Assembly (NCBI GenBank): GCA_037443205.1
Contig: JBBIOU010000010.1
Location: 11,879 to 75,878 of the forward strand
DNA from: Flavobacteriales bacterium
GTDB taxonomy: Bacteria; Bacteroidota; Bacteroidia; Flavobacteriales_D; UBA2798
Direction of reading: 5' to 3'
Length of the DNA: 64,000 bases
Positions 9,892 through 18,295 of this stretch are shown here, piece by piece (the first letter of the stretch is position 1; every line of letters starts with the position of its first letter). The notes under the pieces were generated by a model. It searched no databases. It was not told where the DNA came from and saw only the letters and a program-made list of their open reading frames with translations. A program made the translations under genes and the position numbers.

Positions 9892-11604
9892 ATGATTTTA
9901 AAAAAAATTATACTATTTATAGTATGTTTGCCTCTGATGGTAGCTTGGGCACAAGATTACCCAAAAGGATATTTTCGCTCGCCTTTAGATATACCGCTGT
10001 TATTGTCGGGAAGTTTTGGAGAGCTGCGCAGCAATCACTTTCATACCGGATTGGATATAAAAACAAACGGTGTAGAAGGATTAAAAATATACGCCTGTGC
10101 CGAAGGGGTATTGTCAAGAATAAAAATTTCTCATTGGGGATATGGCAAAGTATTATACATTAATCACCCCAACGGATATACTACGGTGTATGCACACCTC
10201 AGTAAATTCAACTCAAGATTGGAAAAATTCGTAAAAGAAAAGCAATATGAACTCGAAAGCGAAGAAATAGATATTACGTTGAGCGACTCAACATTTGTCT
10301 TCAGAAAAGGAGAAGTTATTGCGTACTCAGGTAACACAGGCAGTTCGGGCGGTCCGCATCTGCATTTTGAAATTCGCGAAACACAAAGCGAAAAAGCCTT
10401 AAACCCGCTTTTATTCGGTTTTAATATCTCTGATAACTTATCCCCCGATTTATATCATATCAAAATTTATCCCCTTAAAAACGGATGGGTTAATGCGCAA
10501 AAAAATCCGCTTGTGTATAAGTTAATCCGTGCTGAGGGTAAATACAACTTACAAAATAACACAAAAATTAAAGCATACGGCAATATTGGTTTAGCCATAC
10601 ACGGAAACGATTTATTTAATGCAACTCAAAATAAATGCGGTATATACAGCATCGAAATGTATGTTAACGACACTTTATATTATAAACAAGTAATGGACAA
10701 AATAGATTTTGCATACAATCGTTACATAAACAGCCACATGGATTATATTGAATTTAACGAAAATAAAAACAGTTATCACAAATCATTTATCGATGGAAAT
10801 AACCCCTTAGAAATTTATCCGGTAAAAAAAAATGCGGGCATCATTCATGTTAACGGAAATAAAAATTACAAAATTAAATACCTGGTGCGAGATGTGTATA
10901 ATAACCTCTCAAAATGCGAATTTGAAATTATACCTGAAGAAGTTACCCTAACCGAAAAAAATACTGATTGCGAAAATTATTTTGAATTTAATAAAGAAAA
11001 CCAATTTAAAACCGAATTGATTGAAGTAAATATTCCAATGTATGGAATCTATAACAACTACTGTTTTCAATACAAAAAAATTGCTCCGCAAGCCGGTATG
11101 TGTGCGGCTATTCATTACCTGCACAATTACAACACCCCTGTACAGGAATACTTTCAAATAAAAATAAAAATAGACTCTACCGTAAGCGAAAAACTTTACC
11201 CCCAAGTATGTGCAGTATATATCAATAAAAAAGGAAAAATAAATGCCGAAGGAGGTTACTGCGAAAACGGATATATAACATTCAAATCCCGTGCATGGGG
11301 AAAGTATAGTGCCATGATAGATACGGTAGCCCCGTTTATTACTCCGCTAAACATAAATGAAGGAAAAAACATGAAGCCTACGCCCAAAGCTGAGTTTAGC
11401 ATTGGCGATAATTTAAGCGGTATTAAATCATACAAAGCATATATAAACGGTAAATGGATTTTATCCCACTACAATGTAAAAAAAGGTAAACTAAGCATAA
11501 ATTTTATTGAAGAAAAAATTCCCGAAGGAAAACATCAGTTAGATATAATTCTTACTGATGAAAGAAATAACGTAACAAACTACAAAGTGAATTTTGAATT
11601 ATAA
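9892..11604 (+). CDS. M23 family metallopeptidase with long C-terminal extension
   Basis: Signal peptide. HTGLDI and GGPHLHFEI zinc-binding motifs of the M23/LytM family sit in the first ~170 aa. Confidence 0.85.
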   Translation: MILKKIILFIVCLPLMVAWAQDYPKGYFRSPLDIPLLLSGSFGELRSNHFHTGLDIKTNGVEGLKIYACAEGVLSRIKISHWGYGKVLYINHPNGYTTVYAHLSKFNSRLEKFVKEKQYELESEEIDITLSDSTFVFRKGEVIAYSGNTGSSGGPHLHFEIRETQSEKALNPLLFGFNISDNLSPDLYHIKIYPLKNGWVNAQKNPLVYKLIRAEGKYNLQNNTKIKAYGNIGLAIHGNDLFNATQNKCGIYSIEMYVNDTLYYKQVMDKIDFAYNRYINSHMDYIEFNENKNSYHKSFIDGNNPLEIYPVKKNAGIIHVNGNKNYKIKYLVRDVYNNLSKCEFEIIPEEVTLTEKNTDCENYFEFNKENQFKTELIEVNIPMYGIYNNYCFQYKKIAPQAGMCAAIHYLHNYNTPVQEYFQIKIKIDSTVSEKLYPQVCAVYINKKGKINAEGGYCENGYITFKSRAWGKYSAMIDTVAPFITPLNINEGKNMKPTPKAEFSIGDNLSGIKSYKAYINGKWILSHYNVKKGKLSINFIEEKIPEGKHQLDIILTDERNNVTNYKVNFEL

Positions 11605-11618
11605 AAAAAATTATCTAT

Positions 11619-12530
11619 TTGGATAAAAAAAATAACATACTGGCAGTGATATGCGGACCAACAGCAGTAGGTAAAACCAGGTTAGCCTTGCAACTTGCCC
11701 GATACTTCCATACCGAAATAATTTCGGCTGACTCCAGACAGTGCTATAAAGAAATGCACATAGGCACTGCAGCACCCGATAAAGAAGAATTACAGGATAT
11801 TCCTTATCATTTAACCGGACATGTTTCTATGCATCAGGAATACAATGCCGGGATGTTTGCAAAGGATGCACTTGCTCTTTGTGATAAAATTTTTCAAAAA
11901 AAAAACATTGCCCTGCTTGCCGGAGGAACCGGTTTATACATCAATGCCTTGTGTTTCGGGTTTGATAAGTTGCCACAAAAAGATGAACAAATAAGGTCTG
12001 AACTCGAACAAATCTATCGCAAAAATGGCATTGCCCCACTACAAGATAAAATTAAAGAATTAGATACAGAATATTATTTAAAAGGCGAAATACAAAACCC
12101 GCATCGCTTAATAAGAGCCATAGAAGTTTGCTTATTGAGCGGAGTACCATATTCCTCGCTAAAAAACAATAAAAAAGCCGTAAGAAATTTTACTCCATTG
12201 TTTATCGGGTTAACTCTTCCCCGCGAAGAATTATATAATAAAATAAATGCAAGAGTAGATGATATGATGCGTAAAGGTCTGTTGGAAGAAGCCCGCAGCC
12301 TGTATCCATATAAAAATTTAAAGGCTCTGCAAACCGTTGGCTATAAAGAGTTGTTTGACTATTTTGACGGAAAATTAAGCTATCCTGATGCCGTTAATAA
12401 AATTAAACAACATAGCCGCAATTATGCCAAACGACAACTAACCTGGTTTAAAAATAAATACAAGCATATAAAATGGTTTAAGCCCGAAGAAACAGATTTG
12501 ATAATTAAACATATACATACGTATCTTTGA
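11619..12530 (+). CDS. miaA: tRNA dimethylallyltransferase
   Basis: GPTAVGKT P-loop, SADSRQ.Y and GGTGLY motifs. TTG start. Confidence 0.92.
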   Translation: MDKKNNILAVICGPTAVGKTRLALQLARYFHTEIISADSRQCYKEMHIGTAAPDKEELQDIPYHLTGHVSMHQEYNAGMFAKDALALCDKIFQKKNIALLAGGTGLYINALCFGFDKLPQKDEQIRSELEQIYRKNGIAPLQDKIKELDTEYYLKGEIQNPHRLIRAIEVCLLSGVPYSSLKNNKKAVRNFTPLFIGLTLPREELYNKINARVDDMMRKGLLEEARSLYPYKNLKALQTVGYKELFDYFDGKLSYPDAVNKIKQHSRNYAKRQLTWFKNKYKHIKWFKPEETDLIIKHIHTYL

Positions 12531-12551
12531 AAAAAATAAAAATAAAAAACA

Positions 12552-13358
12552 ATGAAAGAGATAATAGAAAAAGCCTGGGAAAACAGAGAGTTATTAAACA
12601 ACACCGAAACAATACAAGCCATAGAACAGGTAATTGATGATTTAGATAAAGGCAAATTGCGTGTTGCACAACCGGGCGAATCGGGATGGCAGGTTAACGA
12701 ATGGGTTAAAAAGGCAGTTGTAATGTATTTTCCCATCCGGCAAATGGAAACCATAGAAGTGGGTATATTTGAATTTCACGATAAGATGAAACTCAAAAAA
12801 AATTATAAAGATTTAGGTGTTAGAGTTGTACCACACGCTGTAGCCCGCTATGGTGCATATTTGGCAAAGGGTGTAATTATGATGCCCAGCTATGTAAATA
12901 TTGGCGCTTACGTAGATAGCGGCACCATGGTTGATACCTGGGCAACGGTAGGTTCTTGCGCGCAAATAGGTAAAGATGTGCACTTAAGTGGCGGTGTGGG
13001 TATTGGCGGTGTATTAGAACCATTGCAGGCAGCTCCGGTGATTGTTGAAGACGGTTGTTTTATCGGTTCAAGATGTATTGTTGTAGAAGGAGTACATATA
13101 GAAAAAGAAGCCGTATTGGGAGCTAATGTTGTGCTTACCAAATCAACAAAAATTATTGATGTGAGTAATACAGAACCTATAGAATATAAAGGCTATGTAC
13201 CGGCACGTTCGGTAGTTATACCGGGCAGCTATACCAAAAAATTTCCTGCCGGAGAATACCAGGTTCCCTGTGCTTTGATAATTGGCAAGCGCAAAGAAAG
13301 TACCGATTTAAAAACTTCATTAAATGACGCCTTGAGAGAATATCATGTAGCCGTATAA
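12552..13358 (+). CDS. dapD: 2,3,4,5-tetrahydropyridine-2,6-dicarboxylate N-succinyltransferase
   Basis: DapD-type N-terminal helical domain followed by hexapeptide-repeat (LbH) segments, e.g. GVGIGGV, VEDGCFIGSRC. Confidence 0.9.
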   Translation: MKEIIEKAWENRELLNNTETIQAIEQVIDDLDKGKLRVAQPGESGWQVNEWVKKAVVMYFPIRQMETIEVGIFEFHDKMKLKKNYKDLGVRVVPHAVARYGAYLAKGVIMMPSYVNIGAYVDSGTMVDTWATVGSCAQIGKDVHLSGGVGIGGVLEPLQAAPVIVEDGCFIGSRCIVVEGVHIEKEAVLGANVVLTKSTKIIDVSNTEPIEYKGYVPARSVVIPGSYTKKFPAGEYQVPCALIIGKRKESTDLKTSLNDALREYHVAV

Positions 13359-13360
13359 AC

Positions 13361-14350
13361 ATGAGCAAGCCTCCCAAAAAAATATTAATCATACAAACAG
13401 CCTTCTTAGGTGATGTTATCCTGATTAGTTCGTTGGTAGAAAAATTAAAACACTATTATCCGCAAAGCGCTATACATTTATTAATCAGAAAAGGATTTGA
13501 AGAAGTTTATAAAAATCATCCTCTGGTAGAAAAAATCTGGTTAAGAGATAAAAAAAAACACAATGGCTGGGGAATATTATTATTAGGGTTAAGAATCAGA
13601 AAAGAGCAATTTGATATGGTTATCAATGTGCATCGTTTTGCTTCTTCAGGATTAATAACACTTTTATCCGGAGCTAATTTAAAAATCGGTTTTAACAAAA
13701 ACCCGTTTAGTTTTATATATACACATATAGTAAAACACAACATTCATAAAAATATTCACGAAACAGAACGCAACCATCAACTCATAGAATTATTTACTGA
13801 TAAACTGCCGGCTAAACCTAAATTGTATCCACAACCCAGCGATTATGCTAACATAAAAAAATATCAGAGCCAAAAATATTATTGCATAGCGCCTGCCAGT
13901 GTGTGGTTTACCAAACAATGGCCCAAACATAAATGGGCAGAGTTGATAAATACCTTGCCTACAGAGCATATCATATATTTACTTGGTTCAAACAACGACC
14001 GTAAATTATGCGATGAGATAATTCAAATTGCAACGCACACTAATATTATTAATTTGGCGGGTAAACTGAGTATTTTAGAATCTGCCGCCTTGATGCAATA
14101 TGCCTTAATGAATTTTGTAAACGATTCAGCTCCCTTGCATATAGCTTCGGCTATGAATGCACCCGTAAGAGCTATATTTTGCTCTACCGTAACTGATTTT
14201 GGTTTTGGTCCGTTAAGCAACAACTCAAAAGTTATAGAAATTCAAGAGCCTTTAAAATGCAGACCTTGTGGTTTACATGGGCACAGATCATGTCCTGAAA
14301 AACATTTTCACTGTGCCGAAAAAATTCAACCCAAACAATTTGAATTATAA
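13361..14350 (+). CDS. glycosyltransferase family 9 (heptosyltransferase-like)
   Basis: ILIIQTAFLGDVIL N-terminus and the NDSAPLHIASA motif typical of GT9. Confidence 0.85.
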   Translation: MSKPPKKILIIQTAFLGDVILISSLVEKLKHYYPQSAIHLLIRKGFEEVYKNHPLVEKIWLRDKKKHNGWGILLLGLRIRKEQFDMVINVHRFASSGLITLLSGANLKIGFNKNPFSFIYTHIVKHNIHKNIHETERNHQLIELFTDKLPAKPKLYPQPSDYANIKKYQSQKYYCIAPASVWFTKQWPKHKWAELINTLPTEHIIYLLGSNNDRKLCDEIIQIATHTNIINLAGKLSILESAALMQYALMNFVNDSAPLHIASAMNAPVRAIFCSTVTDFGFGPLSNNSKVIEIQEPLKCRPCGLHGHRSCPEKHFHCAEKIQPKQFEL

Positions 14351-14652
14351 TCACAAAATTGTCATTAGCTATACATGGCATAGGCGTGTGTACAATTTTT
14401 GGTGCCAGAGGTTAATTTTCTTTGTTACTTTCTTTTGTTTCCAGACAAAAAAAGTATGGTAAAATATACCTTAGCAGAAAACAGTAAATACAAATTACTT
14501 TTGTTTCTTGATCGCACATCCTCACTCCAAAATCATAACTATTACCCCCAGCACCTTTTACCTTATCATCTTTCTCTAACCCACTATGCCCATCCCTATA
14601 TCTCTCTCACGTAAAAATGCGGTTTTGTAGGAGTACTCCAAACGCTGAGTAA

Positions 14653-14799
14653 TTTATCACACATTACGCATTAGCATGCGTAATGCTCGCCTGATGGCGG
14701 ATAACCCAAATCCCACAAGACACTCAACACACTCAGTCCGCCTCTGGCGGAAAATTTGGATTTATTTCAAATTCCTAATGCTTAATTTGGGATTATAAT
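14653..14799 (+). repeat. 147-nt structured intergenic repeat, copy 2 (candidate ncRNA / 3'UTR element)
   Basis: P1 14662-14671/14676-14685, P2 14688-14691/14696-14699, P3 14705-14711/14785-14791, P4 14737-14742/14746-14751, P5 14753-14760/14766-14773. Near-identical to the reverse complement of 29843-29989. Confidence 0.85.
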
Positions 14800-14900
14800 T
14801 CTCTTCTGTTTACATACACACGTTGCATACATACGCAAGATTCAGAATGTTATTAAAAATTAGGGGATGATAAAGTAAACCGAAAATATGTTTAAATGAG

Positions 14901-14975
14901 TGGGAGCAACAGGATTCGAACCTGTGACCCCCTGCTTGTAAGGCAGGTGCTCTGAACCAGCTGAGCTATGCTCCC
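14901..14975 (-). tRNA. tRNA-Val (anticodon TAC)
   Basis: The reverse complement folds as a cloverleaf: acceptor GGGAGCA/TGCTCCC, D stem GCTC/GAGC, anticodon stem CCTGC/GCAGG with loop CTTACAA, T arm ACAGG-TTCGAAT-CCTGT. CCA is not encoded. Confidence 0.95.
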
Positions 14976-15016
14976 AAAAATCTTGCTAAAGAACATTAAG
15001 TAATAAATCGGGGGTG

Positions 15017-15047
15017 CAAATATAGAGCTAAATTATTTACCTGCAAA
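15017..15047 (-). promoter_or_regulatory. candidate Bacteroidota promoter (-33 TTTG / -7 TATATTTG) for tRNA-Val
   Basis: The minus strand reads TTTGCAGGTAAATAATTTAGCTCTATATTTG, with 19 nt between TTTG and TAnnTTTG. The -7 box ends about 42 nt upstream of the mature tRNA 5' end. Confidence 0.4.
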
Positions 15048-15059
15048 TTTTTTTTTATG

Positions 15060-16283
15060 CTACAATGCTTCAGCTACTATAAAAAAACTACCCCCTATAA
15101 AGATTAAATCTCCTTTATGGTAATTTCGTTTGGCAGCATTTACGGCTTTTTTTACGCTGCTATAACTATTGCCTGTTAATCCTGCACGATTAGCCGCTGA
15201 TTTAAGTTCATTTGCATTTAATGCGCGGGAAATTTGTGCCTGGGTAAAATAATACAGGGTATTTTTAGAAGGTAGTATTCTCAATATTTCAGTAATGTCT
15301 TTATCGTTTACCAAACCTAAAACAAAATGTAATTTTTTGTGTGGAGTTCTTTTTAATTGTTTAACAACATAAGAAATTCCTGCCGCATTATGAGCCACAT
15401 CGCATATCATATAGGGATTTTTACTGAGTATTTCCCATCTGCCTCTTAGTCCTGTATTGATAATTACATTCCGGATGCCTTTTTTTAACGATTGTTTATC
15501 AATTTTAAATCCTTGTTTTATAAGCGGTGGGATGGATGCTATTACCGTGGCTATGTTTTTTTGCTGGTACTGACCCAAAAGCGGAGAGGAATAGTGCCGG
15601 AATGTTTTTTGCGAGGCGATAATCAATTCAGCCTTGTTGGCTTTGGCCGATTTTTCGAACACTTTTCTTACCGATTTATCACTAATCTCTCCGATTACAA
15701 CAGGTACATCAGGTTTAATAATACCTGCTTTTTCGGATGCTATTTTTTCTAAAGTATTACCTAACAGATGAACATGGTCGTAACTGATGTTGGTGATAAT
15801 GCTTAACTCAGGCAAAATAATATTTGTAGAATCTAATCTTCCTCCCAAACCTGTTTCGATGATACCCACTTGTATTTTTTTATCTTTGAAATAACTAAAT
15901 GCCATAGCCACCGTCATTTCAAAAAAAGAGGGCTTAACCTCAAGGAATAGTTCTTTATGTTTTTGCACAAAGTTTACTACATAGTTTTTGCTTATTTTTT
16001 TACCATTAACTCTAATTCTTTCTCTGAAATCTTTAAGATGCGGAGAAGTATATAAACCCACTTTATAGCCGGCTTCCATGAATACCGAGGCAAGGAGATG
16101 CGAAACCGAACCTTTGCCGTTCGTACCGGCTATGTGAATAGATTTAAAGTCGGTTTGCGGGTTTTGTAGAGCCTCACAAAGTTTTATAATATTTCCCAAC
16201 CCGGGTTTAAGTGCAGGTTGCCCTACGCGGTGATATGCGGGAAGTTGCGAATACAGATACTGCAGCGTTTGGCTGTAGTTCAT
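15060..16283 (-). CDS. folC: bifunctional folylpolyglutamate synthase / dihydrofolate synthase
   Basis: Mur-ligase-family P-loop HIAGTNGKGS and the FolC-type N-terminus (LQYLYSQLP..). Confidence 0.9.
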   Translation of the reverse strand: MNYSQTLQYLYSQLPAYHRVGQPALKPGLGNIIKLCEALQNPQTDFKSIHIAGTNGKGSVSHLLASVFMEAGYKVGLYTSPHLKDFRERIRVNGKKISKNYVVNFVQKHKELFLEVKPSFFEMTVAMAFSYFKDKKIQVGIIETGLGGRLDSTNIILPELSIITNISYDHVHLLGNTLEKIASEKAGIIKPDVPVVIGEISDKSVRKVFEKSAKANKAELIIASQKTFRHYSSPLLGQYQQKNIATVIASIPPLIKQGFKIDKQSLKKGIRNVIINTGLRGRWEILSKNPYMICDVAHNAAGISYVVKQLKRTPHKKLHFVLGLVNDKDITEILRILPSKNTLYYFTQAQISRALNANELKSAANRAGLTGNSYSSVKKAVNAAKRNYHKGDLIFIGGSFFIVAEAL

Positions 16284-17062
16284 TAATTAAAATCAAAATT
16301 AAATGTGTAAGTGCCTTTCACTTCATCGCTAAAGCTTTCATCGGCATAACATAGTTGTTTTTTCTTGATTTCTTCTATACACAATGCTACCAGGGTAGGA
16401 TTGGTTGTAGTAGAAAGAGCCGTATTCACATTAGCGCGGGTAACCCAGCCATCGGGGTTTACCCAAATATTGAGCACTACTTTTCCGCGTTCGTTGGTTG
16501 GGTTATTGGGTATAGGCTTATTTAATAATTTCCGCCCTCTTAAATTCAGGCCGGTGCCGGAATTTCCTGCTCCGTTATTACCGTTTCCGGGTTTATTGCC
16601 TAAACCGGTGCCACTTTTATCTCCATCTCCGTCACCTTCTCCGTTTCCGTTACCATTGCCTGTCATACCTCCAAATAGCGCGTTGGTATTGGGTTTAGGC
16701 TCTGTATTAACCGGATTAGTTGTATTTGTAGTATTGGGTTTATTAGTAGATACAGGTTTTGTTTGATTGTTGTTTGGGGTAAAAACAGGTGATTCGTTTT
16801 GTGTATTTACTTTTTCGGATGGCGTAAGGGGTGTTTCCTCCTGAGGCCGGGCGGCCGACTGCGAAGAACTGCCTCCGCTGCTGCCTGTAGTGCCTTCGTC
16901 AAATTCTATTTCAATTACTTTTTCAATAGGCAAAGGGTCGGGTTCTGTCCAACTCACCAAAAAAAACAACAAGAGCAAGAGTGCATGAAATATTCCGGCA
17001 AAAATCCACGCACCTGTCTTACGTCTTTTTTCATTTTGATGTTCTTTGATATTTTTTTTCAT
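16283..17062 (-). CDS. tonB: TonB-like energy transducer
   Basis: N-terminal anchor helix, a low-complexity N/G/P/T-rich linker, and a TonB C-terminal domain (GKVVLNIWVNPDGWV...). Sits downstream of exbB-exbD. Confidence 0.8.
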   Translation of the reverse strand: MKKNIKEHQNEKRRKTGAWIFAGIFHALLLLLFFLVSWTEPDPLPIEKVIEIEFDEGTTGSSGGSSSQSAARPQEETPLTPSEKVNTQNESPVFTPNNNQTKPVSTNKPNTTNTTNPVNTEPKPNTNALFGGMTGNGNGNGEGDGDGDKSGTGLGNKPGNGNNGAGNSGTGLNLRGRKLLNKPIPNNPTNERGKVVLNIWVNPDGWVTRANVNTALSTTTNPTLVALCIEEIKKKQLCYADESFSDEVKGTYTFNFDFN

Positions 17063-17112
17063 AATTATATCATCTTAACCAAAACTACATACGGTAAATT
17101 AAAATTTTTGTT

Positions 17113-17517
17113 TTATTCAGTTTTTGTAGCTATGGCTGCGCTCCAATCGTTACGCTTACAAATGTCTAATAAATTAACCGTTACACCCGTAGGCACCGAT
17201 TTATCTATTCTTAAAATTACCGATGGTTTTTTATCACCATAATTGCCTTTGGCAATAAATTCCTGTAGTTTTTGTTCAACATTTTCTACCGGTGTGGGTT
17301 GGTCGTTTACGTAGTGGCTGCCATCTGCCTTTACTCCAACAGAAACCTGCATAGGACTGGGCGATCCGGCATTTTTGGCAGAGGGTAAATCTACCTGAAT
17401 ACCGGGACTAACCAAGGTAGATAAAATAACGAAAAATATGAGCAGTAAAAAAACAAGGTCGGTCATAGATGCCATCCCCGATTCTGCTTTGATAGTATTT
17501 TTTGAACGTATATCCAT
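17113..17517 (-). CDS. exbD: biopolymer transporter ExbD/TolR
   Basis: The MTDLVFLLLIFF TM segment and 134-aa size are typical of ExbD. Confidence 0.88.
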   Translation of the reverse strand: MDIRSKNTIKAESGMASMTDLVFLLLIFFVILSTLVSPGIQVDLPSAKNAGSPSPMQVSVGVKADGSHYVNDQPTPVENVEQKLQEFIAKGNYGDKKPSVILRIDKSVPTGVTVNLLDICKRNDWSAAIATKTE

Positions 17518-17546
17518 AGTAACAAAGTGTTATTAATTACACCCGA

Positions 17547-18278
17547 TTATTTTCCCGGTTCATCCAAGAGGTCTAAAAATTCTATAGATGTACTTTCCAT
17601 TTTGGCTATCACTTTTTGTATTTTACCAACCAGCCAGTTATACATAATGTAGGATATAACTCCCAGAATTAAACCCGCAACCGTAGTAACCATAGCCATC
17701 ATTATACCTCCCGAGAGTTGTTCTATAGCCACTCCGCTGGTGCGCATTTCCTGAAATACGAATATCATACCTATTACTGTTCCTAAAAAACCAATCATAG
17801 GAGCAGCGCCTGCAATGGTAGCCAGCACACTTACCCCTTTTTCAAGTTTGTAAATTTCAATTTTACCAATGTTTTCGATAGATGCTTCAATATCTTTTAA
17901 TGGTTTACCAATTTTAGATATACCTTTTTCGAGCATACGCGCTATGGGCGTGTCAGTTGAAGCACATAGCGTACGCGCACTGTCTAATTTACCTTCTATA
18001 ATATAGGAGCGTATTTGCATAAGAAATCCTTGTTCGCCTTTCCCGGCACGCTGTATGGCCAGTAATCGCTCGATGGAAATATAAACCATTATAACCGACA
18101 TGATACCCATAGGAACCATGATATACCAACCTCCCGAAGCAATCATGTCCCATAAGGTAACTTCTTTCAGTGTATTTATTGCTGCTTCGGTATTACCTGA
18201 TGAAGCATTTATTGTCTGGCCTGACTCTTCTGTAATTTGGCTCAACAAAGGAATTTTGAAAAAATTAATAACACTCAT
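17547..18278 (-). CDS. exbB: MotA/TolQ/ExbB proton channel protein
   Basis: Conserved GAAPMIGFLGTVIGMI motif. The start is placed at MSVINFF (18278) because the longer ORF to 18440 would overlap the upstream antiporter gene. Confidence 0.88.
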   Translation of the reverse strand: MSVINFFKIPLLSQITEESGQTINASSGNTEAAINTLKEVTLWDMIASGGWYIMVPMGIMSVIMVYISIERLLAIQRAGKGEQGFLMQIRSYIIEGKLDSARTLCASTDTPIARMLEKGISKIGKPLKDIEASIENIGKIEIYKLEKGVSVLATIAGAAPMIGFLGTVIGMIFVFQEMRTSGVAIEQLSGGIMMAMVTTVAGLILGVISYIMYNWLVGKIQKVIAKMESTSIEFLDLLDEPGK

Positions 18279-18295
18279 AGTACATTTATTTTTTT

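Noticed and set aside
14521-14610. G-quadruplex on the minus strand of the C-rich tract (GGG..GGG..GGG......GGGGG)
   Set aside because: The fourth G-run is about 35 nt from the third, far beyond canonical loop lengths. The C>G skew on the plus strand is the more economical description.
14268-14614. Two short ORFs (64 and 71 aa) in the gene-free stretch after the GT9 gene
   Set aside because: The first overlaps the end of the GT9 CDS. The second translates the C-rich tract into a proline/leucine/histidine-rich string with no motif. The region is better described as non-coding (C-rich tract plus repeat).
14653-14799. Interpretation of the 147-nt repeat as a MITE or IS remnant
   Set aside because: I could find no terminal inverted repeats, no consistent target-site duplication at the three junctions, and no transposase anywhere in the window. 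This is not excluded genome-wide, so it is kept as an alternative in the finding.
14800-15060. tRNA-Val as a possible integration hotspot / genomic island boundary
   Set aside because: No integrase, no direct repeat of the tRNA 3' end, and the flanking genes (folC operon, GT9, dapD) are core housekeeping with uniform composition.
16590-16690. Short tandem-looking DNA repeats (GGN/AAY units) that might suggest a microsatellite or contingency locus
   Set aside because: They encode the in-frame GNGNGNGEGDGDGD linker of the TonB-like protein. The units are imperfect, and no homopolymeric or phase-variable tract is present.
16365-16766. 133-aa plus-strand ORF rich in P/L/S (..SPSPSPSPFPLPLPV..), antisense to the TonB-like gene
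   Set aside because: It is the mirror image of the G/N-rich low-complexity linker of the minus-strand TonB gene, which has a proper anchor and C-terminal TonB domain. It has no independent start context.
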